Source: Staphylococcus phage vB_StaM_PB50. Taken from it: DNA of 64,000 nucleotides. The position numbers were made by a program, and so were the translations under genes. The stretch is taken from sequence record OR770614.1; one strand, written 5' to 3'. Numbering within the stretch: position 1 is the stretch's first letter; the number at the start of each line of letters is the position of its first letter. Of the stretch, positions 20,972-32,108 are shown piece after piece. The notes beneath the pieces are model-generated. The model made no database searches and had not been told where the DNA came from. It was given only the letters and a program-made list of their open reading frames with translations.

Positions 20972-21002
20972 GAGTAATTTTTTAAAGTGCATTATTAACT
21001 TT

Positions 21003-21030
21003 TATTATATATTATTAAAAATGAAGGAGA
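21003..21030 (+). promoter_or_regulatory. early-type promoter motif
   Basis: TTATATATTATTAAAAATGAAGGAG immediately upstream of ATG 21040. Confidence 0.3.
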
Positions 21031-21039
21031 AATTTAAAA

Positions 21040-21459
21040 ATGACTGAAACAATTGAAAGAGTAAAAATTAAAAATAAAGATCTTAATAAAGTACATGAAA
21101 TTCTTTTCAATATCCCATTAAATGGTAATAAATCTAGACATCGTACTAAATTTATTAATAATATTAAAGAAGCTCATGAAGAGTTTGCTAAAGATAGAGA
21201 AGAAATGATAAATGAATTTTCTAAAAAAGATAGTGAAGGAAATTCAATTCAAGATCCTAATGATCCTAATAGTATTATTCTTAATATTCAAGAATTTCCA
21301 AACGCTAAAGAAGATATACTTGCTATTGATGTTGAATATGCGTATATTCCTGTAAAAGATAGAGAAATATTATTAAATATTATCGATGGAATGGAAACTC
21401 AATTATCAGGAGAAACTGCAATTATTATTGATAGTGTAGCAGAGCAGTTAGAAGATTAA
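21040..21459 (+). CDS. hypothetical protein
   Basis: 139 aa ORF. Confidence 0.35.
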   Translation: MTETIERVKIKNKDLNKVHEILFNIPLNGNKSRHRTKFINNIKEAHEEFAKDREEMINEFSKKDSEGNSIQDPNDPNSIILNIQEFPNAKEDILAIDVEYAYIPVKDREILLNIIDGMETQLSGETAIIIDSVAEQLED

Positions 21460-21462
21460 TAA

Positions 21463-21474
21463 AACACATTAATA
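21463..21474 (+). promoter_or_regulatory. AACA-N6-TA motif
   Basis: AACACATTAATA 30 nt upstream of fibre gene start. Confidence 0.35.
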
Positions 21475-21503
21475 TCAATAAGACGGAAGGATGGTGAAAA
21501 AAT

Positions 21504-24500
21504 TTGATTAGTATTCTAGATAAAGAACGTAAAAGAATTGAAGGTAAATTAGTTGCAGAAACTTTTGAAAATGTAATCTCTAGTGAGAAATTAGTATATG
21601 ATTTTAGTAAGAAAACTGAAATTATTGATATTGAATTCAAAAGTAAAAACTACATTTCAGAAAATACACATATAATTATTAAAGATGAAAGTAAGAATGA
21701 TTCTGAATTTGTTTGTATCGAAGAAAATGGTTTAAAATCTTCGTTAATTCCTGCTTATGTAAAAGATTTAAATAATGTCTTTATGAATTCTAATGAAGAA
21801 TTAAATGGACAATTAAAATCAGTATTAAGCACTTTATTATTGAATACAGGATATAATATTGAGTATAATGATTTAGTCGTTGATGAAGAAATTACTTTAT
21901 CTAAAAATAATAAATCTGTATTTGAAAAATTATTGGATATTGTATTTGAAAAAGATCTGTCTATTAGACATAAGTATGATATTAATACAAATGAAAGAAC
22001 TTTAATAATTAATAAAGGTAAAGATTTAAGAAAATCTAATCCTAAAGAAGTTTCTGGTAGAATTCCTGGTTTTGAATTTAATGTAGATAAATCAAATATT
22101 AAAACTGGTTTAATCATGTATAATGATAATAATGAATCTATTACTGTTAAAGACTCATTAAACCAAGCTAGATTTATTAAAGATGAAAATTATATATTTG
22201 ACACTATGGAAGTTAAAGGGAAAACTAGAGATGAAATGGAAGAGATTGCTTCTAAATACCTTAATGACAGTTCTTTGAATGCTATAGATTTAAAAATGAC
22301 TGGTTTAGTATTAAGAAATTGGACTAACTGTCATTATAATAAATTTATATCAAGTCAAATATTCATCAATTATAAAAATATAAAACCTGAGCTAACAGCA
22401 GGTTTCCAAATATATAAATTAGAGAGAAGTTTATTCGATTATAATATAGAGAAATTTAACTTCTTTGCTAAGCATAAAGATTCTAATGAAGTTTATAAAC
22501 CTGAAATGTTAGAGAATTATACTAAATACGCTAATGATAACATCTTTATTAAAGACAATACATCTTCTAAAAGTAATGATGTTAAATTAGTTGAATCTTT
22601 AGTTAATAAACAATTAGAGTCATTTAAAAATTATATTAATGATATTAGCAATAATAAAAATAGTGGTACAGATGGATCAAGTGTATTACAATCAAATAAA
22701 GAACTTAACTTTGATGCTATTATTTCTGATTTTAATTTAATTAAATCTCAAAAAGATCAAGTTGTTAACCAATTAAAATCTATATTTGATTCAGCTTATC
22801 TTAAAGAAGATGCAATTAAAATTCAGGTTAGAGATAAAATTAAAGAAATTAATAATGACTTTGATAAAATAAAATCTGAAGTCAATAAACTTAATAGAGC
22901 TGATCAGAATGAATCATTAATGAAAGATATTAATAAATCATTTGTAGGATTTTATTCTGTAGTTAATAGCACTAAAAGTATTATTGAATTATCTAATGAA
23001 GCTATTAACTTAGAAATGAATAAACTTCAAAATGAATATTCTCATGGTATTAAAGATACTGTATTTTCTGAAATTGGAAGAGTTTTAGGATTATCATATG
23101 ATAGTAAAACTCAAAAATTAACAGGAAATATCAATGTAACTGAGGATATCAATGAAGTAAAAACTTCTTTAGAATTAATGAGAGTAAAAGTTAATAGAAT
23201 TGAAAATGATCTTAATGACTCTGATAGAGGATTGAAAGAAAATTTAATTCGATTAACAGAAAATCTATCAAATGTACTAGGCTTACCTATTAACTCTGAA
23301 TCTGGTTTAATAGATGGAGCTATAGATAATCAAGATACGTTTGATCTTATCCAAAAACAGATTCAAAAAACTAAAGATGAAATTGCTGAATCTAAAGTTA
23401 ACTTAGAAAATACTAAAACAGAATTAGAAAAACAACAAGAAGAATTAGACCAAAAATCTAAAGATATAGATAAAGCTATGGCTGAAGCTAATAGGGTTAG
23501 AGAAGATTTAGGTCAAGAATTAGAAGTTTCTCAAAAAGAGTTTAATTACTATATGGATTCTCGTGGAGATAACTTAATTTTTAATGGTAATGCAGATCAA
23601 GGAGATGAATCAAATTTCCCTGGAATGTATTACGATAATTCAGATGCCTTTCAATCAGCAGCTTCATTTAGAATAGAAGGATTTAACTCTATTGTTTCTT
23701 CTGAAAGATTAATACCGATTAATCCAGAGAAGACATACAAACTTTCTATGTTTATGAAGAATAACAATTCTCTTCCTTCTTCTATAGGTCATTTAAGTTA
23801 TGATAAAGATGGACAATTAATAGAATCTCAACATGTAATGGGTAGTGAAAAACCTGTAATTGAATTAGCTCAAGAATTAAGACAAGGAGATAAAGTTATT
23901 TATTTCAATAGTCTTGATGGTCTTGATGATACTTATAGATTCCAGTCTGCTCCGTTAGATGAAGAAGATGACACTCCTGTTTATGATTATGATAGAGATG
24001 GATCAGTTGTATTACCTAGTGATGCAGATGATATTCTTTCTATAGATGATCCTAATGCCATTCCTGATGAAGAAGAAGACACTATAATATATGCAGAGGA
24101 CACGCCTGAAGAAGATAAAACTACAGAACCTGATGTTCCTATGCCTGATTCTGATGAGCCGGTTGAAACTAATTCAACTCCAGTAGATGAAGAAGAAGCT
24201 ATTAAGAATATGACTAATAATTATAATGTGTCTAATGCTGGAATTGTTAATAGAAATATTAATCCTAATTTAACGGATTATAACGATAATCATTCATTAG
24301 TTATTTGGAATTTCAAGAGTAATGATGGATATAATTATGGTGAATCTACTTATTCTAGAAATGTATTCATGAATGGTTGGGATTATGGTGCTATTGATAG
24401 AGAAAATAATTGTATTTATCTTAATAGACCTTTTGATTTAATTAATTATGATTCTGAAGATGGAGGTTTCCCTGCTGGAACTAAAGTTTCAGGAACATTC

Positions 24501-27500
24501 ACTGATAGTAATGTTGAATGGTCTTTAATTAAAGATGAAGATATCCCTAATGAAGATCAAGATGATGATCCTGAAGAATTTAATGGATGGTATCACCGTC
24601 AATCCTTAATAACTAAAGAAAATATTAGAGGTACTAATGGCTTCTTATATGGTGCTTTCTATATGACATTATACTTTAAAGTAAACCAAATAGAAGATTC
24701 GGATGTTATTGAATTTGAAGATGGATCTAGTGAGCCTAAATTTTGGTTAACTAATATGGAAATGTATGATGTTACAGGTTTAGAATCTGTTAAGAAAACT
24801 GTTATAGATACTAATGAATTAGTAGCTACTATGATGACTAAAAAAGAAATGGATGATTATCGTAAACAGGTAGTCGAAGGTTTCTCTGAAGTTAGTCAAA
24901 CTGTAGATATGATTCGTCAAGAAGTTTCTAAGAAAATAGAAGATTTAGATGATAAAGTAATGACAGATATTACATCCAGAATAGAAACTATAGCAGGACA
25001 GATAGATTTAGTTTCTGAATCACAAAAAGTTGATAAAGAAGAATTAGAAAAACAGATTGGTCAAATAAAAATTGAAACTGACAAAATTACATCATTGGTG
25101 CAAAGAATAGACACAGCTGAAGATAATTACAGTGATTTATCAACTAAAGTAGAACAGCTTGATAGCAGCTATACGATTACAGCAGAAAAGGTTGAAAAAC
25201 AGGGAACTGACATAACAGATCTTTCTGGAAAATTAACAGTTGCGAATAATGCTATAACTCAAGAAGTTAAAGATAGAAAATCTGCAGTTGATGATGCCAT
25301 TGAATCTTCTAAAGCATTAGTTAAAGTTGAAGCTGATAGAATTACTAATTTAGTATCCAAACAAGAATCTACGGATGATACAATATCTAATTTAGAAACT
25401 AGTATTACTGCTGAAATAGGTAAAATAGAAAATAAAGTCACTAATGAAACTAGTGTAGAAGCACTGTCTAATAAGATTAAAATTGGTGGAAATAATTTAT
25501 TAGTAGGTACTGAAAAATTTGATTTGCCTTTTAATAAGACAAGCTTCAGTAGATATGGTGGAATAATCAAAGATGGAATTGGATATTCACTAGATTATAA
25601 TACTGAATCTAACCGATTAGCATGGAGTATATTCCAGAACGTAGATGTAATTCCTAATACAGATTATGTATTAAGTTATAATGCACATAATAAAGAAGGA
25701 ATTACTCAAGGAATTGCATATACTCCTATAATGAGATTAACTGATGATGGTAAAATTTTCGATTCTTTAGAGTATATTATAACTAGTGATACTTATCGAG
25801 AAACTAAAGAAGATATTGACAATCGATATGTAGTTAAATTTAATACAGGTAAAAGTAGAAAAATAAGAATTTACTTTACCTCTAAAGATGTAGATAGTTT
25901 AGCTTACATTTCTAAACCTCAATTAGAATTAGGTAATATTGCTACCGATTGGGGTTTATCTAAGGGAGATCTTGAAGACAGATTTAACAAAGCTGAAACT
26001 AGAATTACTCAGACTGAAGAAGATATTACTCTAAACGCTACTAAATTAACCGAAACTGGTAATCTAATTGAAAAAAATTATTCTGAACTTAAAGTGGAAA
26101 CAGATAAAATTAGTAGTATTGTAAGTGAACAGAAAATATTAGATGATAAAATTTCCGCTAATACTTCTAGCATTAAACAGTTACCTAATCAAATTACTAG
26201 TCAAGTTTCTGCTGTAGAAAAAAGAGTTAATGAGAATATTAATAATATTCAAATTGGTGGAAGAAACTTATTATTGGATAGTTTGAATAAAACAATCTTT
26301 AAACCTAATAATAAAGGATTAGGAATTCCAACAAAAAATAGTGATAATTCTTGGAATTTAACTCCAGACTCAGATAAATCTATTAGTTCTTATTATTTTA
26401 TAAGAGATTCCAATTCAAATGACATAACTTCTGTTGAAATGAAAACTAATGTATGGTATACTTTTTCAATTGATTTAATATTACCTAAAGATTTAAAAGT
26501 TGAAATTGGAATTAATAGTGATGGTATATCCAGACCAGAAGGTATATCTTCTAAATACGATTATCATAATATTAAAGCCAATGAAAGAACAAGAATAGGT
26601 TTTACGTTTAAATGGATTGATAAAAATATAATTGAAAATATTCCAATTATAATACGTCTTAATGAAAGTAACTCTATTGGTATACCTATAATTTATGATA
26701 AAGCTAAATTAGAATATGGTAATAAAGCCACTGATTGGTCTCCAGCACCTGAAGATATTGAAACTAGATTAGTTGCAAGTGAAACTCGTATAACTCAAAC
26801 TGAGAAGGATATAAGTTTAAATGCTTCTTCTATTACGACATTAGATAATAAAACTACTAATCAATACAGTACACTTAAAGTTGAAACTGATAAAATTAGT
26901 GGTATTGTTAGTAAACAAGAAGAAATGGATGATAAAATTGCCACTAATACTTCTAGCATTAAACAGTTACCTAATCAAATAACATCACAAGTTTCTGCAG
27001 TAGAAAAAAGAGTTAATGAGAATATCAATAATATTCAAGTAGGTGGAAGAAACTTATTAGAAAACAGTTTATCTTGGAATAAAGGTTTTGAAGATAATTC
27101 AAATGGTTCCTATAAATATTTATGGAGAATTTATATTGATGAATTATTGAATAAAGTGGATATCGGAGATGAAATTTCTATATCATTTGATTTACAAATG
27201 GAACGTGGAGATGTTTTCAGAATATATGATAGTGTAGTAGATCCAGGAATGTCTATTGGTAGTGATACAATAACTAATGTTGGTAATAAAAAATTTAAAT
27301 ATAAATATACTTCTAAAATAACTAAGACTTCTGGAGATAACACTAGATGGGCTATATATGCTTATAATAATAATAATGGAGATAAATTCTCCATTGAAAA
27401 TATTAAAATAGAAAAAGGTAATAAAGCTACTGACTGGACACCTGCTCCTGAAGATATTGAGACTTCAATATCAACTGTATCTTCTAAAATAGATCAGAAA

Positions 27501-29849
27501 GCAGATTCTATTGAACTATCTGTTAATAAAATAAATAATTATCTTAATGCAGATAATACACTTATTAACTCTGATCTTAGAAATGGATGGGAAGGATGGA
27601 CAACAGTTGATGATGAAACGTCTAAAAATTTAAACTATGCTGAAGAAATAAATAGTGGTTATTGGATATTTACTAATTCAGGAGATGAAGTTGCGATAAC
27701 TGATAAAAATCTAACAGATAAAGATTATTTAACTTTAAGTGCAAATAATGAAGGATGGAAGCAGTGGCAACTTTCTGATGTTGATTATTCTGATGGTAAT
27801 GGAAGTCCTAAAATGTCTAAGATTAGTGCTGGAACATATACAATTAGCATGCAAATAAGAAAAGACGAAGGTAGTACAGGAAATTTCAACCCTTATATAA
27901 GAATAAATGGAGATTCTACTGTAGACCCAATAAAACTAGATATTGATGTCGATTCTGAAATTGATACTGATTGGAAGGAATTTACTGTAACAGGAAATAT
28001 AAGTTCTAGTGATCTAAAAAATAAGTATCGTATAAGACTTATTTTAGTATATACAACTGGTTCGGTAGGTAAAGTTTATGTAAGAAATGTAAGATTAGAT
28101 AAATCAAATTACCCTCAAAATCCTAGATTCTCAATAGCTCCCGAAGAAGATATGACATTTAATATCGATAACAACTTAGCTCTGGGGTCAGTTTATCGTT
28201 TAAACAATGTATCCAGAGGAACTTATAAAAGAATGACTCTTTTATTAAATGGATATTTAAAAAAGAATACTAAATATAAAGTTGCATTTGATTATAATAT
28301 ACAATCTGGAAAGAATAGTGAAGGTTTAATTTCATTATATCCATATAGATATCCTTATAAAGGTTCAGGGTACTCAACTGATGTGGATACATTACCTGAA
28401 ATTAGTTCAGTTAATAGATTAGATTATCCTGTTAGTGCGAATAAAAGAAACGTAATAGAGATTACTACTCCTAATGAAGATAAAATTAATCAGCTATTAT
28501 TTTATGGTGCAAAAGCAGGAACTACAGATAATTCTGAGATTGTGACTTCCTTTGAAAATATAGTTGTTAAAGAATCTAAAGATGTTTCTAATGATAGTGA
28601 TATGTCATATAATGCAAATGAAGTGAAAAATGTATTTAAGTATAAACAGAATACATTCGGCTCTAGGTGGCCTGCAATTACTTCTAGTTATATGCCGGTA
28701 GGACAAGATGGACAGTTTAACATTGGTGACTATGTAACAGGTTCTGTTTATATATACATTCCTGCAACTGCTAGAAAATATCTTAGTTATAAAATATATT
28801 TTGAAGTCGCTACTTACGAAAATACATCACAGACAGGAAATCCTAAATTTGGAGTTGTTGAAATACCTGCCAGTGAATTTGTTTTTGGCGAGTGGAAACG
28901 TTATAGTTTTACCGCCAAAATACCTAGAACTTCTGATAACGGACAAACTAATTATTTAAGATTCTTATTGCGTTATAATAATTATGACAAAGCTGATGTA
29001 TATAATGATGGAACTGTATTCTATTATGCAATTCCAAAATTAGAAAAAGGGGATCAATTAAAACCTTGGACACCATCACCTTTAGATAAATATAGTACTC
29101 AATCAATGTCTAGTAAAATTGCAATGAATTCTGAAGCTATTAAAATGATATCTAGGAATATAGATTTAAATACGGATAAAGTTAGAATATATAATGATAA
29201 AGGTAATATGGTGTTTACTAATGATGTATTAAGAATATCAAAGACTGCTTTAGATACTGATAATTTTGTAGAGATCAATTCAAAAGGATTAAATATTAGA
29301 AAAAATGGCGTTGACCAAGCTGTAGATGGAAAGTTTAAAGGTGAGTCTAACGTTCAGCAAACTATACCTATGGGTAGAAGTTTTAATCCACCTGGTCCCA
29401 ATAAATTGGACGGTCTTTATCATGTACAAGAAATAGCAGGAGCATACTATCTTGATGCAGAAATGTATAGTTATGCTGCTAAGAAAAAGCATTTAACTGA
29501 AGGTGGAGGTGCTTATAATGCATTACTAGGTTCATTTTCATTTTATCATGATAAAAGATACTTAGTAATGAGTTTTACCTACGATACATCTAAAAATGCA
29601 AATTTATATGTTACAGTGGCTGCAGGAGTTGGATGGAAAACTGATTCAAAAACAGCTTTGTATTTTGATAAAAAATATACTTCAGAATCTAAAGGAATAA
29701 TCTCTGAATATATAGATTTAGGTACTCCTAATAACTATAATAAAACATTAGTAATACAATTAGGTATAACAGGAACCTCTAAAGAAGGCGAAGGTGGATC
29801 AATAACTATTAAACGTCTATCATTAAGTAACTTTAACTCCCCTTCATAA
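21504..29849 (+). CDS. giant tail fibre / host-adhesion protein (2781 aa)
   Basis: TTG start with GGAAGGATGGTG RBS; long coiled-coil stretches; four modules ending GN(K/I)ATDW(S/T)PAPEDIE typical of phage fibre carbohydrate-binding modules; internal DNA repeats. Confidence 0.6.
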   Translation: MISILDKERKRIEGKLVAETFENVISSEKLVYDFSKKTEIIDIEFKSKNYISENTHIIIKDESKNDSEFVCIEENGLKSSLIPAYVKDLNNVFMNSNEELNGQLKSVLSTLLLNTGYNIEYNDLVVDEEITLSKNNKSVFEKLLDIVFEKDLSIRHKYDINTNERTLIINKGKDLRKSNPKEVSGRIPGFEFNVDKSNIKTGLIMYNDNNESITVKDSLNQARFIKDENYIFDTMEVKGKTRDEMEEIASKYLNDSSLNAIDLKMTGLVLRNWTNCHYNKFISSQIFINYKNIKPELTAGFQIYKLERSLFDYNIEKFNFFAKHKDSNEVYKPEMLENYTKYANDNIFIKDNTSSKSNDVKLVESLVNKQLESFKNYINDISNNKNSGTDGSSVLQSNKELNFDAIISDFNLIKSQKDQVVNQLKSIFDSAYLKEDAIKIQVRDKIKEINNDFDKIKSEVNKLNRADQNESLMKDINKSFVGFYSVVNSTKSIIELSNEAINLEMNKLQNEYSHGIKDTVFSEIGRVLGLSYDSKTQKLTGNINVTEDINEVKTSLELMRVKVNRIENDLNDSDRGLKENLIRLTENLSNVLGLPINSESGLIDGAIDNQDTFDLIQKQIQKTKDEIAESKVNLENTKTELEKQQEELDQKSKDIDKAMAEANRVREDLGQELEVSQKEFNYYMDSRGDNLIFNGNADQGDESNFPGMYYDNSDAFQSAASFRIEGFNSIVSSERLIPINPEKTYKLSMFMKNNNSLPSSIGHLSYDKDGQLIESQHVMGSEKPVIELAQELRQGDKVIYFNSLDGLDDTYRFQSAPLDEEDDTPVYDYDRDGSVVLPSDADDILSIDDPNAIPDEEEDTIIYAEDTPEEDKTTEPDVPMPDSDEPVETNSTPVDEEEAIKNMTNNYNVSNAGIVNRNINPNLTDYNDNHSLVIWNFKSNDGYNYGESTYSRNVFMNGWDYGAIDRENNCIYLNRPFDLINYDSEDGGFPAGTKVSGTFTDSNVEWSLIKDEDIPNEDQDDDPEEFNGWYHRQSLITKENIRGTNGFLYGAFYMTLYFKVNQIEDSDVIEFEDGSSEPKFWLTNMEMYDVTGLESVKKTVIDTNELVATMMTKKEMDDYRKQVVEGFSEVSQTVDMIRQEVSKKIEDLDDKVMTDITSRIETIAGQIDLVSESQKVDKEELEKQIGQIKIETDKITSLVQRIDTAEDNYSDLSTKVEQLDSSYTITAEKVEKQGTDITDLSGKLTVANNAITQEVKDRKSAVDDAIESSKALVKVEADRITNLVSKQESTDDTISNLETSITAEIGKIENKVTNETSVEALSNKIKIGGNNLLVGTEKFDLPFNKTSFSRYGGIIKDGIGYSLDYNTESNRLAWSIFQNVDVIPNTDYVLSYNAHNKEGITQGIAYTPIMRLTDDGKIFDSLEYIITSDTYRETKEDIDNRYVVKFNTGKSRKIRIYFTSKDVDSLAYISKPQLELGNIATDWGLSKGDLEDRFNKAETRITQTEEDITLNATKLTETGNLIEKNYSELKVETDKISSIVSEQKILDDKISANTSSIKQLPNQITSQVSAVEKRVNENINNIQIGGRNLLLDSLNKTIFKPNNKGLGIPTKNSDNSWNLTPDSDKSISSYYFIRDSNSNDITSVEMKTNVWYTFSIDLILPKDLKVEIGINSDGISRPEGISSKYDYHNIKANERTRIGFTFKWIDKNIIENIPIIIRLNESNSIGIPIIYDKAKLEYGNKATDWSPAPEDIETRLVASETRITQTEKDISLNASSITTLDNKTTNQYSTLKVETDKISGIVSKQEEMDDKIATNTSSIKQLPNQITSQVSAVEKRVNENINNIQVGGRNLLENSLSWNKGFEDNSNGSYKYLWRIYIDELLNKVDIGDEISISFDLQMERGDVFRIYDSVVDPGMSIGSDTITNVGNKKFKYKYTSKITKTSGDNTRWAIYAYNNNNGDKFSIENIKIEKGNKATDWTPAPEDIETSISTVSSKIDQKADSIELSVNKINNYLNADNTLINSDLRNGWEGWTTVDDETSKNLNYAEEINSGYWIFTNSGDEVAITDKNLTDKDYLTLSANNEGWKQWQLSDVDYSDGNGSPKMSKISAGTYTISMQIRKDEGSTGNFNPYIRINGDSTVDPIKLDIDVDSEIDTDWKEFTVTGNISSSDLKNKYRIRLILVYTTGSVGKVYVRNVRLDKSNYPQNPRFSIAPEEDMTFNIDNNLALGSVYRLNNVSRGTYKRMTLLLNGYLKKNTKYKVAFDYNIQSGKNSEGLISLYPYRYPYKGSGYSTDVDTLPEISSVNRLDYPVSANKRNVIEITTPNEDKINQLLFYGAKAGTTDNSEIVTSFENIVVKESKDVSNDSDMSYNANEVKNVFKYKQNTFGSRWPAITSSYMPVGQDGQFNIGDYVTGSVYIYIPATARKYLSYKIYFEVATYENTSQTGNPKFGVVEIPASEFVFGEWKRYSFTAKIPRTSDNGQTNYLRFLLRYNNYDKADVYNDGTVFYYAIPKLEKGDQLKPWTPSPLDKYSTQSMSSKIAMNSEAIKMISRNIDLNTDKVRIYNDKGNMVFTNDVLRISKTALDTDNFVEINSKGLNIRKNGVDQAVDGKFKGESNVQQTIPMGRSFNPPGPNKLDGLYHVQEIAGAYYLDAEMYSYAAKKKHLTEGGGAYNALLGSFSFYHDKRYLVMSFTYDTSKNANLYVTVAAGVGWKTDSKTALYFDKKYTSESKGIISEYIDLGTPNNYNKTLVIQLGITGTSKEGEGGSITIKRLSLSNFNSPS
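26095..26285 (+). repeat. intragenic direct repeat, copy 1
   Basis: ~190 bp, >90% identical to 26875-27065 over its core (CTAATACTTCTAGCATTAAACAGTTACCTAATCAAAT...GGTGGAAGAAACTTATTA). Confidence 0.7.
26875..27065 (+). repeat. intragenic direct repeat, copy 2
   Basis: Pairs with 26095-26285; encodes KVETDKISxIVSxQ...TNTSSIKQLPNQITSQVSAVEKRVNENINNIQ. Confidence 0.7.
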
Positions 29850-29861
29850 AACATATTTATA
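29850..29861 (+). promoter_or_regulatory. AACA-N6-TA motif
   Basis: AACATATTTATA 35 nt upstream of ATG 29896. Confidence 0.3.
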
Positions 29862-29895
29862 TAATTTATATAAATACGAAGGGAAGTTTTATTTT

Positions 29896-30255
29896 ATGAT
29901 AAAATCAAATGGTATTGTTCCTGTTTTTGATACAAAATATGATACGACTGGAAATTTAATTTCAGGGAGAATGTCTCTTGTTATTGATACGGATCAAATA
30001 GAGACAAATGGTGAATTTAATGAATATAAGGCAGGTCAAGTATTTTCTTCTGGTCCTTCTATAGTATTTATTATAGATAAGAATACTTATAATCAAATTG
30101 AAAAATTAAAAATTGCTTTTATAGATGGATTACCTAATCTAGTTGTAAAAGACGAAGAAGAATTTGAAGAAATTGAAGATCAAGAAACTCCTGAAGAAAA
30201 AGAAATTCGTGAATTACAAGAAAAATTAGCTGCTTTAATGGCTGGTAGAAAATAA
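29896..30255 (+). CDS. hypothetical protein (fibre module)
   Basis: 119 aa ORF after fibre gene. Confidence 0.4.
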   Translation: MIKSNGIVPVFDTKYDTTGNLISGRMSLVIDTDQIETNGEFNEYKAGQVFSSGPSIVFIIDKNTYNQIEKLKIAFIDGLPNLVVKDEEEFEEIEDQETPEEKEIRELQEKLAALMAGRK

Positions 30256-30274
30256 TTTAGGAGGAATTTTAATT

Positions 30275-30748
30275 ATGAATTTAACTAAAAAATCTTTTAT
30301 TGTAACATTCCATGCTACTTTAGTAGCTAAAGGTGTGTTAGAATTAGAAGAAGTATCTGAAGGTAATGAATTAAAATCATTAGTTGAAGAAGTTTTAAAT
30401 GAAGTTGGTTTTGGAGAAGTAACAGAATCATCTGAATCTTATGATCCTTATGATAGCAGTGGTCCTGTTAAAATGTATGGACCGGGAAGTAATGGAGTTT
30501 GGGTAACTTCATCTACTGAACAACCTTTAGAAAAACCTAATTATGAATACTCTGATGCTGAACCGGTTCCTTCAAAACCTGAAAATACACCTGTTGAAGC
30601 TGAGATCGATCCGATTGACGAAGAACATCGTGTAGAAGGTTTTAATGAAGATTCAGAAGTTCAAGGTATTGGTAGAGCTACTGAAGTTGAACCTCAAGAA
30701 GATTCTGAAAATGCAGATTCTGCTCGTGGAGGAATTTTACCTCAATAA
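30275..30748 (+). CDS. hypothetical acidic protein
   Basis: 157 aa ORF, RBS AGGAGGAA. Confidence 0.4.
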   Translation: MNLTKKSFIVTFHATLVAKGVLELEEVSEGNELKSLVEEVLNEVGFGEVTESSESYDPYDSSGPVKMYGPGSNGVWVTSSTEQPLEKPNYEYSDAEPVPSKPENTPVEAEIDPIDEEHRVEGFNEDSEVQGIGRATEVEPQEDSENADSARGGILPQ

Positions 30749-30903
30749 TAGAGTTCATTAAGTTAATAAAAATAGAACAAATATATATGAAAGTTATTTA
30801 CATAGTATTTAGCTTTCATACTAACTTTTTCTTTGTTCTTTTCTGAGTTGACTCTATAAAGCTTTATTCTTTTTCTATTAATTTTTGGCAAAGTCTTCAA
30901 AAT

Positions 30904-30945
30904 GTCCTAACAATCTCAATGGTTGTTAGGACTATTTATTTGCAA
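30904..30945 (+). terminator. rho-independent terminator
   Basis: GTCCTAACAA/TTGTTAGGAC 10-bp stem then TATTTATTT. Confidence 0.55.
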
Positions 30946-30984
30946 GTAGATCAAATCTATCATAACTCTTGTTCATTCTATTGG

Positions 30985-30996
30985 AACAATGATTTA
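30985..30996 (+). promoter_or_regulatory. AACA-N6-TA motif
   Basis: AACAATGATTTA ~45 nt upstream of ATG 31040. Confidence 0.3.
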
Positions 30997-31039
30997 TAAA
31001 TAAATTAATTAAATAGAAGAAAGGAAGGTAATTTATAAA

Positions 31040-31546
31040 ATGGAAAATAGTAAAAATAAAAATATTGTAGAAGATAAAAATGAAATTGACATTAATAATG
31101 ATACTAATGAAAATCTAATTGTAAAAATATACTACTATATTAAGCAATTTAAATTTTATTTAACGCCAATTTTCCTTTCTATTTACGCAATAATTTACGG
31201 TATCCAATTTGTTTTTAGAACTAGAGAAGCGTATAGGACATCTGAAATATATATTGCGTTATCAAAATTTATGGATTTGCAAATATACGGTGTATTTTTA
31301 TTAGTTTCGGGTTTTTGTATAGGTATTTCATTATTTTTAAATAAATATATAGGAAGACCTTTTTTAATTGTTGGTTCATTTATATCTTTTGTATTATTCT
31401 TCATATACGCATTTATATCTTTAGATACTGCAGGAATGCAATCTACTATGATTATTCGAATTGTATTTTCTTTTGTTAACTTATTCTTAGCAATATTTAC
31501 ATTTTTAGAAATGAAAGTTGAGAATATTATAGATGACCGAAAATAA
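31040..31546 (+). CDS. membrane protein, ~4 TM
   Basis: 168 aa with four hydrophobic helices. Confidence 0.4.
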   Translation: MENSKNKNIVEDKNEIDINNDTNENLIVKIYYYIKQFKFYLTPIFLSIYAIIYGIQFVFRTREAYRTSEIYIALSKFMDLQIYGVFLLVSGFCIGISLFLNKYIGRPFLIVGSFISFVLFFIYAFISLDTAGMQSTMIIRIVFSFVNLFLAIFTFLEMKVENIIDDRK

Positions 31547-32081
31547 ACATTTCCAAAATAACAAAAATATAACAGAATTAGACTTATATAAAGTTAATAA
31601 TTCTTTAAAAGAGGAAATAGAAGAAAAATTCGATAAAAAAATTGAAGATATAAAAACAGACAATGTTAAAACTAATAGTACTTTAGTGAGAGTTGAAGTA
31701 TTATTAGAAAATATGGGAAAAAATACAGAAGAGATTAGAAAAGAAATGAAAGAAGATCGTGCAGTCAGAAAATTAGAAGAAGAAGATAGAATTAGAAGGC
31801 ACAATGATTTAGAAAAACAAATAATGTCTGTCAAAGATGAATTGAATGATAATGTAGAGACTGTAGAGAGAAAACTTAGTGATGAAATCAAAGAAGTTAA
31901 ATTAGGATTAGATACAAAACTTAATATTGATGATTTCGAGACTAAATTTGATGATATAGAAAAAGCTGAAAATGATAGTGACAAAGAGACCAAAGCTTTT
32001 AGACGTAATGCTTCTTTAACTATACTAACGGTATTACTATCACCTTCAGTTGTTTTATATTTAATCCAAAAATTTTGGTAA
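31533..32081 (+). CDS. coiled-coil protein with C-terminal membrane anchor
   Basis: 182 aa, charged helical body, C-terminus LTILTVLLSPSVVLYLIQKFW. Confidence 0.4.
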   Translation: MTENKHFQNNKNITELDLYKVNNSLKEEIEEKFDKKIEDIKTDNVKTNSTLVRVEVLLENMGKNTEEIRKEMKEDRAVRKLEEEDRIRRHNDLEKQIMSVKDELNDNVETVERKLSDEIKEVKLGLDTKLNIDDFETKFDDIEKAENDSDKETKAFRRNASLTILTVLLSPSVVLYLIQKFW

Positions 32082-32108
32082 CAATAATATAGAAAGTAGG
32101 AAAATTTA